A stretch of 64,000 nt of DNA from Octopus vulgaris (GCA_951406725.2 OX597818.1:53878001-53942000), one strand, 5' to 3'; shown: positions 28,606-43,376, counted from the first letter of the stretch. Notes: generated by a model not told the origin, from the letters alone. Translations and numbers: made by a program.

Positions 28606-28900
28606 AGTTACACATGTGGCTGTGGGGTACATTCATGACTGAGGTATAGGTGTGGCTGTTAGCTGCAAGGTACATGTGTGGCTGTGAGATGCAGGTGTGG
28701 CTGTGAGGGTGCGGATATGGTTGTGACGTACAGGCATGGCTGTGAGGTGCAAATATGGCCGTGAGGTACATGCCTGGTTGAGGACTGTGAGGTACAGGCA
28801 TGATTGTGAAGTACAAGTATAGCTGCAAGGGTGCAGGGTTGGCTGTGACGGTACAGGGCTGGCTGTGAGGGTGCACGCATGACTGAGGTACAGGCATAGC
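28606..28900 (+). repeat. ~20-bp tandem minisatellite derived from the SINE B head, followed by the SINE body to ~29160
   Basis: Units resembling GGTACAGGCATGGCTGTGA, repeated roughly 14 times. Confidence 0.7.
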
Positions 28901-29375
28901 TGTTAGATTTCAGATTCAATCCCACTGCATGGTACCTTGAGTAAGTGTTCTTTACTATAGCTTCAGGCTGATCAAAAACTTGTGAGCTGATTTGGTAGAC
29001 TCAGTAACAAAGTGGTTTGGCAGAAGAGGCCGATAGAGTAAGTACTAGGCCTACAAAAAAATAAAAGTACTGAAGGTCAAATTGCTCGACTAAAATTCCT
29101 CAAGGCAGTGCCCCAGAATGGCCACAATCTGATGACTGAAGCAAGTACAAGATAAAAGATATATATATATATATATAAATAATAAATATTAGGGAATAAA
29201 TCCAAATTTACAGGGAAAAAAAATCAGATTTAGGATTAAATCCAATTTTATAGTAAAATATTATAAAATATTATTAGAGACAAAACCACTATTTTGCAAA
29301 ACAAACAAGGAAAGACTTAATCAATACATAAAATTTTAATAAATAGTCAAAAAAACCGCCACTACAATTGGAAGT

Positions 29376-29421
29376 CCACCTGAAGATTGTCGATCAAGAC
29401 ATAACGAAACGATTGTAGTGG
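29376..29421 (+). ncRNA. Minimal type-I hammerhead ribozyme motif at the centre of a fold-back (~29270-29515) between (TA)n tracts
   Basis: CCAC / CTGAAGA / (t)TGTC-gatcaa-GACA(taac) / GAAA / CGATTG / TA / GTGG. Confidence 0.75.
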
Positions 29422-29508
29422 CGGTTTTCTTTAAAAATTTATTAAAATTATGTCATTGATTAAGGAAAGGAAAAAATTTTTGCAAAATACATTTTGACTC
29501 TAATATAT

Positions 29509-30258
<750 letters not shown>

Positions 30259-30869
30259 GCCCTGATGCAGTACCAGGCAGTGGCTCTCAGATCTTAACTG
30301 ATTGGAAGTGTTATCATGTACATTGTTTTGTCTTGGTATAAAAGATGGGCTACAGAAAATATTCTGCTCAATACCACAGATTTGCTTGTCAGTTGTTTGA
30401 CCTTAACCAGTTGAGCATGTCCCTTGGTGGCCGACGATATGTGCATCTCTGATCACGAGCAGAAGTAGTGGGGGAGCATCATAGCCATGTGTTGAGAGGG
30501 ATTCTTTGGGATTTCTCTGGAAACATGGGTGGTTCTTTCAACATCCTTAAACAACCCTTATTCAGGGACCTTTTGAGCGGGATGGGCTACTCAACCTGAA
30601 GAAAATTCTAACTGGGCCCCACCTGCAAGGTCATGTGCTGTTTATCTTGATATGAGATCACAATATCGCGCACATATGGTTGTGATGCATGTGCCTGGTG
30701 TACCCATATCAGACGGGTAGTCATGATGGGTATACTGGGCTTCGTATATTTTACCCCAGTGTCACTTTGATGGCATGAACTGCTCTCTCACTCAATAATA
30801 ACAACAACAACAACAACATCGAAAATATATACCTTAGGAATGAGAACCCAGGTTCGAAATATCCCCAAG

Positions 30870-30913
30870 ACACCTGAAGAATGCTGGAGGGTATATCAGC
30901 CGAAACGTTGTGT
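30870..30913 (+). ncRNA. Minimal type-I hammerhead ribozyme motif in a short element with a (GTAAATAAT)n tail
   Basis: ACAC / CTGAAGA / (at)GCTG-gagggtatat-CAGC(c) / GAAA / CG / TT / GTGT. Stem III palindrome is AACGTT. Confidence 0.75.
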
Positions 30914-31830
30914 TAACAACAAACAAGATGAGGACAAATATCCGTCGAATGTAAATAATGTAAATAATGTAAATAATGTAAATAATGTAAATAATGCAGC
31001 ATCTAGTCTGTCTCTATTTTCTGAGTTCAAATTCCGCCGAGATCGACTTTACTTTTCATCCTTTCGAGTTGATAAACTAAGTACCAGTTGACCACTAAGG
31101 TCGATGTAATCATCTTACCCTCTCCCCGAAATTGCTGGCCTTGTGCCTAAATTCGAAACTATTATTTAATCCACGTAAGGACTGTGAACTGGCAAAATTG
31201 TTAGCTTAATGGACCAAGTGCTTAGCAGCATTTTGTCCATCATTACATTCTAAGTTCAAATTCCGCCAAATTCGACTTAGCCGTTCGTTCTCTCGGGTTC
31301 GATAAAATAAATATCAGTTGATTCCCTATATCGATGAAGTCAACTATCCCCATCCTCCAAAATTTCAGGCTTTGTGCCTATTGTAGAAAGGGATATGTGA
31401 TAGCAGGCTGGTAGAATCGTTAGAGCGTCGTACAAAACACTGTTATATTTCCTCCGACTCTTCACGTTCTAAGTTCAATACCGACCGGGGTCGACTTCTG
31501 CGTTTCACTCCTCCGGGGTCAGTTAACTATTTAGTTAAAACTTCGCAGTTCAAAACCCCTCTCTCGATCAACTTCGCTTTTTTTTTCGCTTCTTCCTTTC
31601 TTTCTTCCTTTCTTTTTTTCTTTCCTTCTTTCTTTCTTTCTTTCTTTCCTTCTTTCTTTCTTCCTTTCTTTTCAGAGTCGATAAAAATAAAATACTACTG
31701 TTGTTAGTTAGGTACTTTGGTCGATGTAATCGACTGCACTTCGGCCGAAGACTCTGTAGCTTCGTGCCAATTTTAGAAATCAATATTAATGCACCACGAA
31801 TATATATCTAAGCACCGTGAAATCATAATC

Positions 31831-31873
<43 letters not shown>

Positions 31874-31984
31874 TATATACATATATATACATATATATAC
31901 ATATATATACATATATATATATACATATATATACATATATATATACATATATATACATATATATACATATACATATTATATGTA

Positions 31985-32068
<84 letters not shown>

Positions 32069-32091
32069 CACACACACACACACACACACAC

Positions 32092-32146
<55 letters not shown>

Positions 32147-32549
32147 TACATAAGAGCTTTGCTGCAGATCAGTATTGTCTCCAGTTCCAATAATTCTTCA
32201 GCAAACCAAACATAACCATAAAAGATTTATGTCTTTCATTCCCAAATGTCAACTTCTCTGTTTTTTATACAATTGAAATAGTTTTATCTCGTTTGGTTCA
32301 AATATTCTTTCTCCAGTTGACCTTTATGATAAATGACAATTCCTACACACACACAGAATGTTTAATGTGTCTGCTGGTGGTCATTGCACCCTACACTTTT
32401 GGAATTAGCGATTGCTTCCTTCCTTGCCATTTCCATTGAGGTGTGTGTTTCGTTTCAACAATTTTGTGCATTCACCTAAAATTGAAACAGTCCACTTCAC
32501 CTTTTTTTTATCATCTTCATTCGTATAATGAGAATGTGTGTATATGTGG

Positions 32550-32602
<53 letters not shown>

Positions 32603-34119
32603 GGTGTGGATGTATGTGCGTGTATCGATATGTACGTCTGTGTGTGTATTTTTGTGTATCTGTATGGATGTGTGTATATGTGTGCGCGCGTGCGTGTGTA
32701 TGCGTGGGTGTGTAGGTGTGTGTCAATATGCTCGCGTGTGTGTGAGTGTGTATGGTGTGAGCGCGTGTGAGTGTATGTGTGTATGTGTGAGCGCATGTGT
32801 GTGTGCATTTGTGTGTGTACGTGTGTGTGTGTGAGCGCGTGTGAGTGTATGTATGTATGTGTGAGCGCGTGTGAGTGTGTGTGTGCGTACGTGCGTGTGC
32901 GTGTGTGTGTGTGAGCTCGTGTGTATGTGTGTGTGTGTGTATGTATGAGCGCGGGTGAGTGTGTGTGTGTGCATGTGTGAGCGCGTGTGAGTGTGTGTGA
33001 GTGCGTACGTGCATGTGCAAGTGTATGTGTGAACTCGTGTGAGTGTGTATGTGTGCGTGTGTGTCTATGTGTGTGAGCGCGGGTGAGTGTGTGTGTGTGT
33101 GTGTGTGTGTATGATCGCGGGGGCGTGCCTGCGTGCGTACGTGCATCTGTGTGTGTGTGTATGTGTGTGTGTGCGTGCGTGTGAGTGCAGCGCAGACAAA
33201 TTGGTAGCTGAAGGCTTCTAGTGCCATTGCCTACAGACATAAACTAAGAAGTACCAAAGAGCGAAATCGATTCTCTTTTAACAGACTCAAATCATGCGAC
33301 ACGTTCAGCGGCGAGAGACAACTTTGGCGACTTTTTAAAATATTTTTTCATTTCAACCAGCTTGGAAATTAAGCATATGAACTTCTCTATATTCTGCTTC
33401 GGTACCATGATCCACCGAAACACGTGCGGTTCTGAAAATGAAATTGCACAGTTCAATGTGTGTGTGTGTGTTCAGTGAGCTGGTAGAATCGTTAGCAAGC
33501 CGGGCGAAATGCTTAGCGGTATTTCGTCTGACGTTACGTTCTGAGTTCAAATTCCGCCGAGGTCGACTTTGCTTTTCATCCTTTCGGCGTCGATAAATTA
33601 AGTACCAGTTACGCACTGGGGTCAGTATATTCGACTTAATCCGTCTGTCTGTCCTTGTTTGTCTCCTCTGTGTTTAGCCCCTTGTGGGTAGTAAAGAAAT
33701 AGGTATTTCGTCTGACGTTACGTTCTGAGTTCAAATTCCGCCAATGTCGGCTTTGCCTTTCATCCTTTCGGCGTCGATAAATTAAGTACCAATTACGCAC
33801 TGGGGTCAATATATTCGACTTAATCCGTCTGTCTGTCCTTGTTTGTCTCCTCTGTGTTTAGCCCCTTGTGGGTAATAAAGAAATAGGTGTGTGTGTATTA
33901 CAAATTATATAATGTACTACTCTGTCTCTCAAATATACGAAATAGTGAAGGCGTATGTTATAACGATCAGACAAAAAAAATGATGTTGCGAGTTTCGGAT
34001 AAGTTTGATAGATCTACACTCATCAGATCTGCCTACTTCGGATATGACACATCCTCTGACGACAGTAGGTCTATCAGACTTACGCAAAACTCAGAAGTAT
34101 GTAAATTCGTAATTCAAAT

Positions 34120-34340
34120 GGCCAGCCTTGTCACATTTTCTGTCATGTTGAATCTCTCTGAGAAATACGTTAAGGGCACACCTGTCTGTGGAGTGCTCAG
34201 CCACTTGCACGTTAATTTCACGAACAAGCTGTTCTGTTGATCGGATCAACTGGAACCCTCGTCGTCGCAACCGACGAAGTGCCAGTCATGTATGTATATT
34301 TATATGTAGGTGCACATACATACATGCATACATACATACA

Positions 34341-34371
<31 letters not shown>

Positions 34372-34693
34372 TTACATAAAAAAAACAGACACTCCGTCGG
34401 TTACGACGAGGATGCTAGTTGAGCCGATTAACGGAACAACCTGCTCGTGAAATAAACGTACAAGTGGCTGAGCACTCCACAGACACGTATACCCTAAACA
34501 TAGTTCTCAGGGAGAGACAACGTGACACAGAATGTGATAATGCCGGCCATTTGAATTACAAGTAAAACTAATCTTTACCAGTTGAGAATACTGGAAAAAC
34601 ATGAAATAAAGTGTCTCGCTCAAGGACACAACGCGCCCTCAGGTATCGAACTCTCGAGAGCCGAATACCCTAACAACTTAGCAACACCCCTTC
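34120..34693. mobile_element. Two SINE family D segments, tail-to-tail around (CATA)n
   Basis: 34120-34285 is inverted relative to ~34388-34550. Related segments at 37452-37628 and 54600-54795. Confidence 0.7.
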
Positions 34694-34772
34694 ACATACA
34701 TACATACATACATACATACATACATACATACATACATACATACATACATACATACATACATACATACATACA

Positions 34773-36482
34773 TGCTAGAAGCCCTTCAACTTGTTAAAGT
34801 TCCAGTGAGAATAGTCAAAACCGTAGCTGACCTGACTTCATCGTGGGTCACCATCTTGAAATTAAGCACAAAGAATGAATGTATTACCACGATAGAATAC
34901 AGTATCGCCAAGGCATATTCCAAGGGGACAGCCTTTCTGTGATGTTGTTTATACTTTCTGTAAACCCCTTTGTCATTCATGTTAAGGAAGGCTGAGGATA
35001 TCTCACTGGTTCACAAGAAAACAGAAATACCAAAATTACACACTGTTTCTTTGTGGATGACTTAAAACTTTATGCAAAGAATATGCATGAGATGAAAAAA
35101 AGAGCCTTGACCTAGTTACAACATTCTCAAAGGATGTAGGGTTGGAGTTTGGTTAGGATAAATTTTGTTATATGGCAGTGAAAGGGGGGGGGGGGGAACT
35201 TTAAAGTTTCTTATTTCTTTATTGCCCACAAGGGGCTAAACATAGAGGGGACAAACAAGGACAGACAAAGGAACGTAACGGCAGACGAAATACCGCTAAG
35301 CATTACGCCCGGCGTCCTAACGTTTCTGCCAGTTCGCTGCCTTAGGTAGAAAACTATAAACCAGACTAGTAACATCTCCATTAATGATTTGACTGTTTCC
35401 TCTGTATCTGATGAGGAATGTTACAGGTATCAAGGGGTTGATGAAAATATATCTTACAGTGGCACCAACCGAATAAAAAAAATTGGGGCCTCAGAACTCT
35501 CTGCATTCAATAAAACAGTGGCTAACAATGTGTTTGCAGTGCCAGTACTCATACCAACATTTGGGTTGCTTGATTGGACGTTTGATGAGATCCGAGCCAT
35601 GGATGTGAAAACCCGATAAATACTAACAAGCACATAATTTCTACATAAACAGTGACTGAGACCGGCTCTGCCTAAAACGAAAAGAAGGCGGCAGGGGCTT
35701 AACATCGATCCAAAATGCCTTTGAATGTCGCATCATATCCCTTCGGCAACATCTTTTAACCACCAAATGTCGAAGTGCATCCCTTGACCAAGTTTTCATA
35801 CATTGGGCTGATAACATCATAAGATTTGGAAGGCAGCTCCTTGAGCAACATTCTTTGTCTGATAACCTAGAATACATACCCAAAGAAGTCGCACGGCTCT
35901 AACCGCAACGTATCATAAGATGAAAGGATGAACCTATATGAACAGAAGACTATGCATGGATATGTTAGTAGAAAACTGATGATGTTAGTAACATCAGTCA
36001 TCAAAGCAGTATATGATGGACCAATAGCCGGATTACTACCTCCCACTTTGAAGGGTATACGTTTGCAATCAGGGAACAGGAAATATCAACCAAGTACCTG
36101 GTGCACAAAAGGGATAGAGATGCAGGTAAAGCCGTAAAGTGTGACAATCGATGCAGACCTTGTAGAGTTCACACTGAAGATATCACCCACATCATAAGCA
36201 GTTGTCCGAAAATTTCATCACGGTATTATCTATATAGAGCACTATAATGAAATCCGTCGGAAGGATAATCCCGAGGGCACGAAATAAGAACCCACAGTAT
36301 GGTAGAATCCATAACCACTCATAATAAAAAGGAATATTGGTGGAGTGTCCCAGTGAAGATCTCAATAAAATGTAAACACAACAGACCTGATATAGTGATT
36401 TGGGACTGAGAAGAGAAACTGTGCACAGTTGTGGAAATCAGTTGCCCAGCGGATGTTAACATAAAGTTGAATATCAGTTGAA
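34773..36482 (+). mobile_element. Decayed R4/Dong-like non-LTR retrotransposon (RT, CCHC knuckle, restriction-like endonuclease), with a SINE A insert at 35211-35343
   Basis: FFVDDLKLYAK, NKTVANNVFAVPVL, RLCLKRKEGGRGL, CRPCRVHTEDITHIISSC and HNRPDIVIWD*EEKLCTVVEISCP, with multiple stops and frameshifts. Confidence 0.85.
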
Positions 36483-36800
36483 CATACATACATACATACA
36501 TACATACATACATACATACATACATACATACATTCATAACTTTGCTGAAGTTTTGCAGAACATCAACCGCAGAAAACTCGAACTTCCGGCTTCTGCTGAT
36601 GCCATTCAATCATGCAACTGTAGAAAACTCTAGCTTGATAAATGCGCTCGACAAGTTCACTAGTTTATTGCGATTATGTATCACCTGTAAATTTACTAAT
36701 TATTGTAGAGTATATCAGTTTAGCGGTTACTCCGTTCGGCTCCGATATAATCAACATACACAAACATTCAGCCATGAACGCTGACGCTACTTTAAACTAA

Positions 36801-37051
36801 ATGATAAGTATACATCAAAGAAAAGATTTTGGATCAAACAAAAACTCATGTCGTGTTTGTGGTGTTATGGGTTGTGATGAGCTATGTGGTGTTGGTGGAG
36901 AGGATTGATGGTGAAGACTGCAGGGGCCGGCGGAAGGGCCACTGGGGATGCGTGGGCAAAAAGCACGTGCGGGGAGTTCGACGAGAGACGGCAGCGTGCA
37001 AGGACGTGTTTATTTCTTGACAGTGATCGCTCATCCTGCCTAGGTCAACAG
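36801..37051 (+). pseudogene. Isolated exon encoding a hydrophobic leader and a thrombospondin type-1-like repeat start, apparently frameshifted
   Basis: HVVFVVLWVVMSYVVLVERIDGEDCRGRRKGHW, then in the next frame DAWAKSTCGEFDERRQRARTCLFLDSDRSSCLGQQ, ending at a strong donor CAG|GTAAGG (37051). The start position is uncertain. Confidence 0.55.
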
Positions 37052-37884
37052 GTAAGGTCTCTGTATTTCTTTCTCCCTTTTGCTTTTTTTTTTCTGTCGT
37101 CTTTTTTCCTCCATCACACTACAACTTAGAAGCAAATCTCCAACTTTGTGATTTATGCATTTCTGAAAAGTTTCTCGATAGAAATTCTGAGCTTATTTTG
37201 TTTTGTCGACATACGTACATTTTCACAATAAGATCATTAAGTACCACGCAATTAATTATAGTTTGCATATAATTACTGGAGTGGTGCCCTGTCATATGAC
37301 GGAAGACTTTAAAGTATACCTTAGCCACCATGTTTAATATCTGGAAATATAGCATGCACAGAATAATTATAATTTAGACCTTGTGGAATTATAGTTGAAT
37401 TTCTTTACTACCCACAAGGGGCTAAACACAGAGGGGATCAAATCAAGGACAAACAGCCTGCTCGTGAAATTAACGTGTAAGTGGCTGAGCACTCCACAGA
37501 CACGTGTACCCTTAACGTAGTTCTCGGGGATATTCAGCGTGACACAGAGAGTGACAAGGCCGGCCCTTTGAAATACAGGTACAACAGAAACAGGAAGTAA
37601 GAGTGAGAGAAAGTTGTGGTGAAAGACTACGCATTTCGCCCGGCGTGCTAACGTTTCTGCCAGCTCGCCGCCTTAATATCTGGAAATATAGCATGCACAG
37701 AATAATTATAATTTAGGCCTTGTGGAATTATAGATGAATGGATTATTATATAGCGATAACGCAACAGCGTTACTTTCCCTGCACAACACATTGCGCATTT
37801 TGGTCTTCATACGCATTTTTTAAACATATTTTCAATTAATTTTTAGTATTAGATTTATTGCTGTTTTACAATAATCCTTAACAT

Positions 37885-38905
37885 AGGCGCAGGAGTTGTT
37901 GTGTGGTAAGTAGCTTGCTAACCAACCACATGGTTCCGGGTTCAGTTCCACTGCGTGGCATCTTGGGCAAGTGTCTTCTGCTATAGCCCCGGGCCGACCA
38001 ATGCCTTGTGAGTGGATTTGGTAGACGGAAACTCAAAGAAACCCGTCGTATATATATATGGCCTGTGTGTATATATGTAGTATGTCTTCTGCTATAGCCC
38101 GGGCCGACCAATGCCTTGTGAGTGGATTTGGTAGACGGAAACTGAAAGAAGCCTGTCGTATATATGTATATATATATGTGTATGTGTGTGTATATGTTTG
38201 TGTGTCTGTGTTTGTCCCCCTAGCATTGCTTGACACCCGATGCTGGTGTGCTTACGTCCCCGTCAATTAGCGGTTCGGCAAAAAGAGACCGATAGAATAA
38301 GTACTGGGCTTACAAAAAAAAAATAAGTCCCGGGGTCGATTTGCTCGACTAAAGGCGGTGCTCCAGCATGGCCGCAGTCAAATGACTGAAACATATAAAA
38401 AAAAAAAATAGCTTTCTCACCTTATACATTAAGCTATTGTTGTTGCTTTTCTATCTTGTCATATATTTCTTCACCGTCTTCTCCTTCCCTGTTTTTTCTT
38501 TCATCTTTTTACTCGTTATTAACTGCTGTTTTGTAAACAAGCTTCTAAGTATATTCTTCTCTAAAACAACCTATCATACAATAAAGCCTTTTTCCTTAAT
38601 CTTTCCATTCACCACCTCACTTCCCACTTATATTCTTATTTTAGCTCTCACTTCATCGTTTAATCATATACATCATATGTATAGAGGCGCAGGAGTGGCT
38701 GTGTAGTAAGTAGTTTGCTTACCGACCACAGGGTTCCGGGTTCAGTCCCACTGCTTGGTACCTTGGGCAAAGTGTCTTCTACTATAGCCTCGGGCCGACC
38801 AAAGCCTTGTGAGTGGATTTGGTAGACGGAAACTGAAAGAAGCCCGTCGTATATATATATGTGTGTGTGTGTGTGTGTTCCCCCAACATCGTTCGACAAC
38901 CAATG
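37885..38905 (+). mobile_element. SINE family B copies (37885-38408 with an internal duplication, and 38686-38905)
   Basis: Colinear with the family. Confidence 0.8.
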
Positions 38906-41105
38906 CTTCGTGGTATTTCGTTCGTCTTTATGTTCAAATTCCGCTGAGGTCGATTTTGGCTAAAATAAGTACCAGTTGAGCACTGGGGCCGATGTAATAG
39001 GCTTACACCCTCCCCGAAATTGCTGGGTTTGTGCCAAATTTTGAACTCAATGTTTATGAGAGTAATGCGGCAATCTGGCAGAATCGTTAGCATGCCGAGC
39101 AAAATGCTTAGCGGTATTTCGTCTGCCGTTACGTTCTGAGTTCAAATTCCGCCGAGGTCGACTTTGCCTTTCATCCTTTCGGGGTCGATAAATTAAATAC
39201 TCGACTTAATCCGTTTGACTGTCCTTGTTTGTCCTCTCCGTGTTTAGCTCCTTGTGGGTAGTAAAGAAATAGGTATTTCGTCTATCTTTACGTTCTGAGT
39301 TCAAATTCCGCCGAGGTCTACTTTGCCTTTCATCCTTTCGGGGTCGATTAAATAAGTACCAGTTACGCACTGGAGTCGATATAATCGACTTAATCCGCTT
39401 GTCTGTCCTTGTTTGTCCTCTCTGTGTTTAGCCCCTTGTGGGTAGTAAAGAAATAGGCATTTCTTCCGACGTTAAAATCTGAGTTCCACTGCCTCCGAGG
39501 TCGACTTAACCTTTCCTCTCTTGAGGGTCGATAAAATAACTACCAGTTGAACGCTGGGAGCTGATGTAATCGACTTACCGCAATTCCCATCAGAATTGGC
39601 TGAGCTTGTGCCAAAATATGAAACCAAAAATTAATGAGTGCGTTGCAAATTTTAAAAAAAAATTTGTTTATTTATCTAAAAAATGTTTAACTACCCTAGA
39701 AAGATGGAATATTACATTTTAATCCTCGTGTCAGTTATTTGCAACGTATGGTGAAAACAAAACTGTAGCCAGAAATACAAGCTTTACATCCTGTTTGGCA
39801 GTTCTCTTGACCAACCAAATGGCTAAGTCTGAAAGAAGATAAAGTTGAGTTGAAATACGGTATTTCCATAAGGTCGTTTATTTATGATTTCATACAATTA
39901 TTCCTGTATTCTGTCACATCATTGCATTTACACGAACTTTAAAACATCATTCAGTGAATGTATGATGAAGCAACCTAGATTTGTATGGGGTTTTTTTTCT
40001 ACTTGTAATATAGGGAGTCTTTTTATGTGAGAATAAGATATTTTTATTTCTTTACTGCCCACAAGGGGCCAAACATAGAGGGGACAAACAAGAACAGACA
40101 AAGGGATTAAGTCGATTACATCGACCCCAGTTCATAACTGGTACTTGATTTATCGACCCTGAAAGGATGAAAGGCAAAGTCGACCTCGGCGGAATTTGAA
40201 CTCAGAACACGAAGACAGGCGAAATATCGCTAAGCATTTCGCCCGGCGTACTAACGGTTCTGCCAGCTCGCCGCCTTAAAATGTATTTAGATATTCTTTT
40301 CTACTCTAGGTACAAGGCCCCAGATTTGTGGAGAGGAGGCCAGTCGGTTAGATCGATCCCAGTACGCAACTGGTACATAATTTATCGTCCCCGAAAGGAT
40401 GAATGGCAAAGTCGACCTCGGCGGAATTTGAACTCAGAACGTAAAGACAGACGAAATATCGCTAAGCACTTCGCCCGGCGTGCTAACGTCTCTGCCAGCT
40501 CACTACGTTAAAGATATTTTTATAAAACAATTATTCCTTTATGGCTTCCGAAGCGGTTGGATTGGGGAGAAAGGAAGAAAATTCTCTTCAAATCGGAAAC
40601 CTGGTCTGAATATTTGCAACGCTGTTATCTCCCCTTAACGTACCCTTTTTAAGGAACCTTAAGTTAGTCGAGTTAAACCGGTCGACGGTGAATTAAGTCT
40701 CCTACCCAAAAATCCAGAAAACAAAATACCCGAACAAATACTACAAGTCATCATATCCGCCAAATTACCTCCCTGGGCCAGCATTTTATTTTCTCAATCA
40801 AGAAAGGATTAAATTCAAAATTGACTTTTATTGGAATTTCTTAAACAGAATGCAGGAAACTGGAAGATATATAAGTTATTATAAGTTATTTTATCTAATA
40901 AAATTCTGAAATATTGCCATCTCGATCCAAGAGAATGTTGTTCTTGAGAGAACGAATCAGTCATCGATGTTGGAGAGCGTGGCCTCTACTGTACTTTACC
41001 TGGGTGTAAGATACAGCAGAGGTTACGAGAGGTTTGAAACGGGTGTATCGGGTGGACATGAATAGAAGTGGTATTCAAACAGTTGGTTCACTGGAGCAGA
41101 AGCTA

Positions 41106-41153
<48 letters not shown>

Positions 41154-41369
41154 CAGCAGCCGTTCGAGAATTTGGACCTGGAGATCTCCCAGTGGTGTCG
41201 GGTGTCAACGAAGAGCCCTCGACTACAACAAGACGACCAATGTTTTTTTTGTTTTTTTTTCCAAGGTCTGGGGTCTCCTGCCCCTAAGCCCTTACCCGTC
41301 TTGTTGCTTAACAACAACAACAGCAGCAGCAGCAGCAGTAGCAGCACCAGTAACAGCACCAGTAGTAGC

Positions 41370-41413
<44 letters not shown>

Positions 41414-42187
41414 AAGAAGAAGAAGAAGAAGAAGAAGAAGAAGAAGAAGAAGAAGAAGAAACAGTAGTAAAGACAGAATAAATGTCTCCGATGTGAGACC
41501 TGTATTGCTTCGTGGTTAGTATTTGAAATTCGTGGAGCCTATTTTGCTAATAAGGAAACTAAATTATTCCTTGGTTCAGAAGAGGGTCTTAACCTACATT
41601 GTGTCTTATAATGGATTCTCCTGTCAACTTCGACAGCCAATACCGTAGCTGTTAAGCTACTCACACAGATCGTCTGTTTACAATGGCGAAGACTTGTGTA
41701 GAAGACTTGTGTAGAAGAAGCGATTTGCAACAAGTTTCTACTATCAGAAAGTTGATGCAAATATTTGCCACAAACTCAATGAACAACATACTTTAGGTTA
41801 TTGAATTAGAGTTTTCTCTTTCCTGGCTTAGTTGCCTTCGCCACGGATTAGAGTCCAACCCGCTCTGGTAAGCTAAGCGCACACCTGTGTACCAAAGCCC
41901 CTTGTGGGTAGAAAAGAAATAAGTATTTCGTCTGTCTTTACGTTCTGAGTTCAAATTCCGCCGAGGTCGACATTGCCTTTCATCCTTTTAAGGTCGGTAA
42001 ATTAAGTACTAGTTGCGTACTGGTGCCGAGCTAATCGACTTCCCCCACCCCCACCCCCGCTCCAAAAAAATGTCGGACCTTGTGCCTAGAGTAGAAAAGA
42101 TTCTTTTCCAATAGAGAAAGAGCCGGTTTCTAACCTAGATCCAAGACTCATTCATTGGAATTTCAACATCAACAACAGCGTATTTTT

Positions 42188-42753
42188 GCATGTATGTATG
42201 TATGTATGTATGTATGTATGTATGTTTGTATGTATGTATGTATGTATGTATGTATGTATGTATGTATGTATGTATGTGCAGATTTGTATGTTTTATGTAT
42301 GTATGTATGTATGTTTGTATGTATGTACGTACGTACGTATGTATGTATGTATGTATGTATGTATGTATGTATGTATGTACGTACGTATGTATGTATGTAT
42401 GTATGTATGTATGTATGTATGTATGTATGTATACATGTATGTATGTATGTATGTATGTATGTATGTATGTATGTATGTGCAGATGTATGTATGTATGTAT
42501 GTATGTATGTATGTATGTATGTATGTATGTATGTTTGTATGTATGTATGTTTGTATGTATGTATGTATGTTTGTATGTATGTTTGTATGCATGTATGTAT
42601 GTATGTATGTATGTATGTATGTATGTATGTATGTATGTATGTATGTATGTATGTATGTATGTATGTATGTATGTATGCATGCATGCATGTATGTAAGTAT
42701 GTATGTATGTATGTATGTATGTATGTATGTATGTATGTATGTATGTATGTATG

Positions 42754-42784
<31 letters not shown>

Positions 42785-43160
42785 GTATGTATGTATGTAT
42801 GTATGTAAGTATGTATGCATGTATGTATGTATGTATGTATGTATGTATGTATTTATGTATGTATGTATGTATGTATGTATGTATGTATGTATGTATGTTT
42901 GTATGTATGTTTGTAGGTATGTATGTATGCATATATGTATGTATGCATGTATGTATGCATGTATGTATGTATGTATGTATGTATGTATGCATGTATGCAT
43001 GTATGTATGTATGTATGTATGTATGCATGTATGTATGTATGTATGTATGTATGTATGTATGTATGTATGTATGCATGTATGTAAGTATGTATGTATGTAT
43101 GTAAGTATGTATGTATGTATGTATGTATGTATGTATGTATGTATGTATGTTTTATGTATG
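42188..43160. repeat. (TATG)n tract, ~1 kb
   Basis: Direct inspection. Confidence 0.95.
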
Positions 43161-43376
43161 TATTCTCATGCATATAGTTGCATATCTAGACATGCTCATA
43201 TATATATTTAAATGATAAACTTCTGGAAAGTTTTACAGATTTTTACAGTTCCAGTGATGGATTGGATCTCTAATCTTCGACGGAGAGCCACGGCGATATA
43301 AGTATATTCGTATTGGGTATATATGCTTGTGAATTTGTGGTAAATGTGTGTGTTTGTGTGTGTGTGCGTGTGTGCG

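Noticed and set aside
40930-41300. Possible next exon of the TSP1-like gene
   Set aside because: No acceptor or frame giving the expected ExRxC continuation, and stops occur in the candidate frames.
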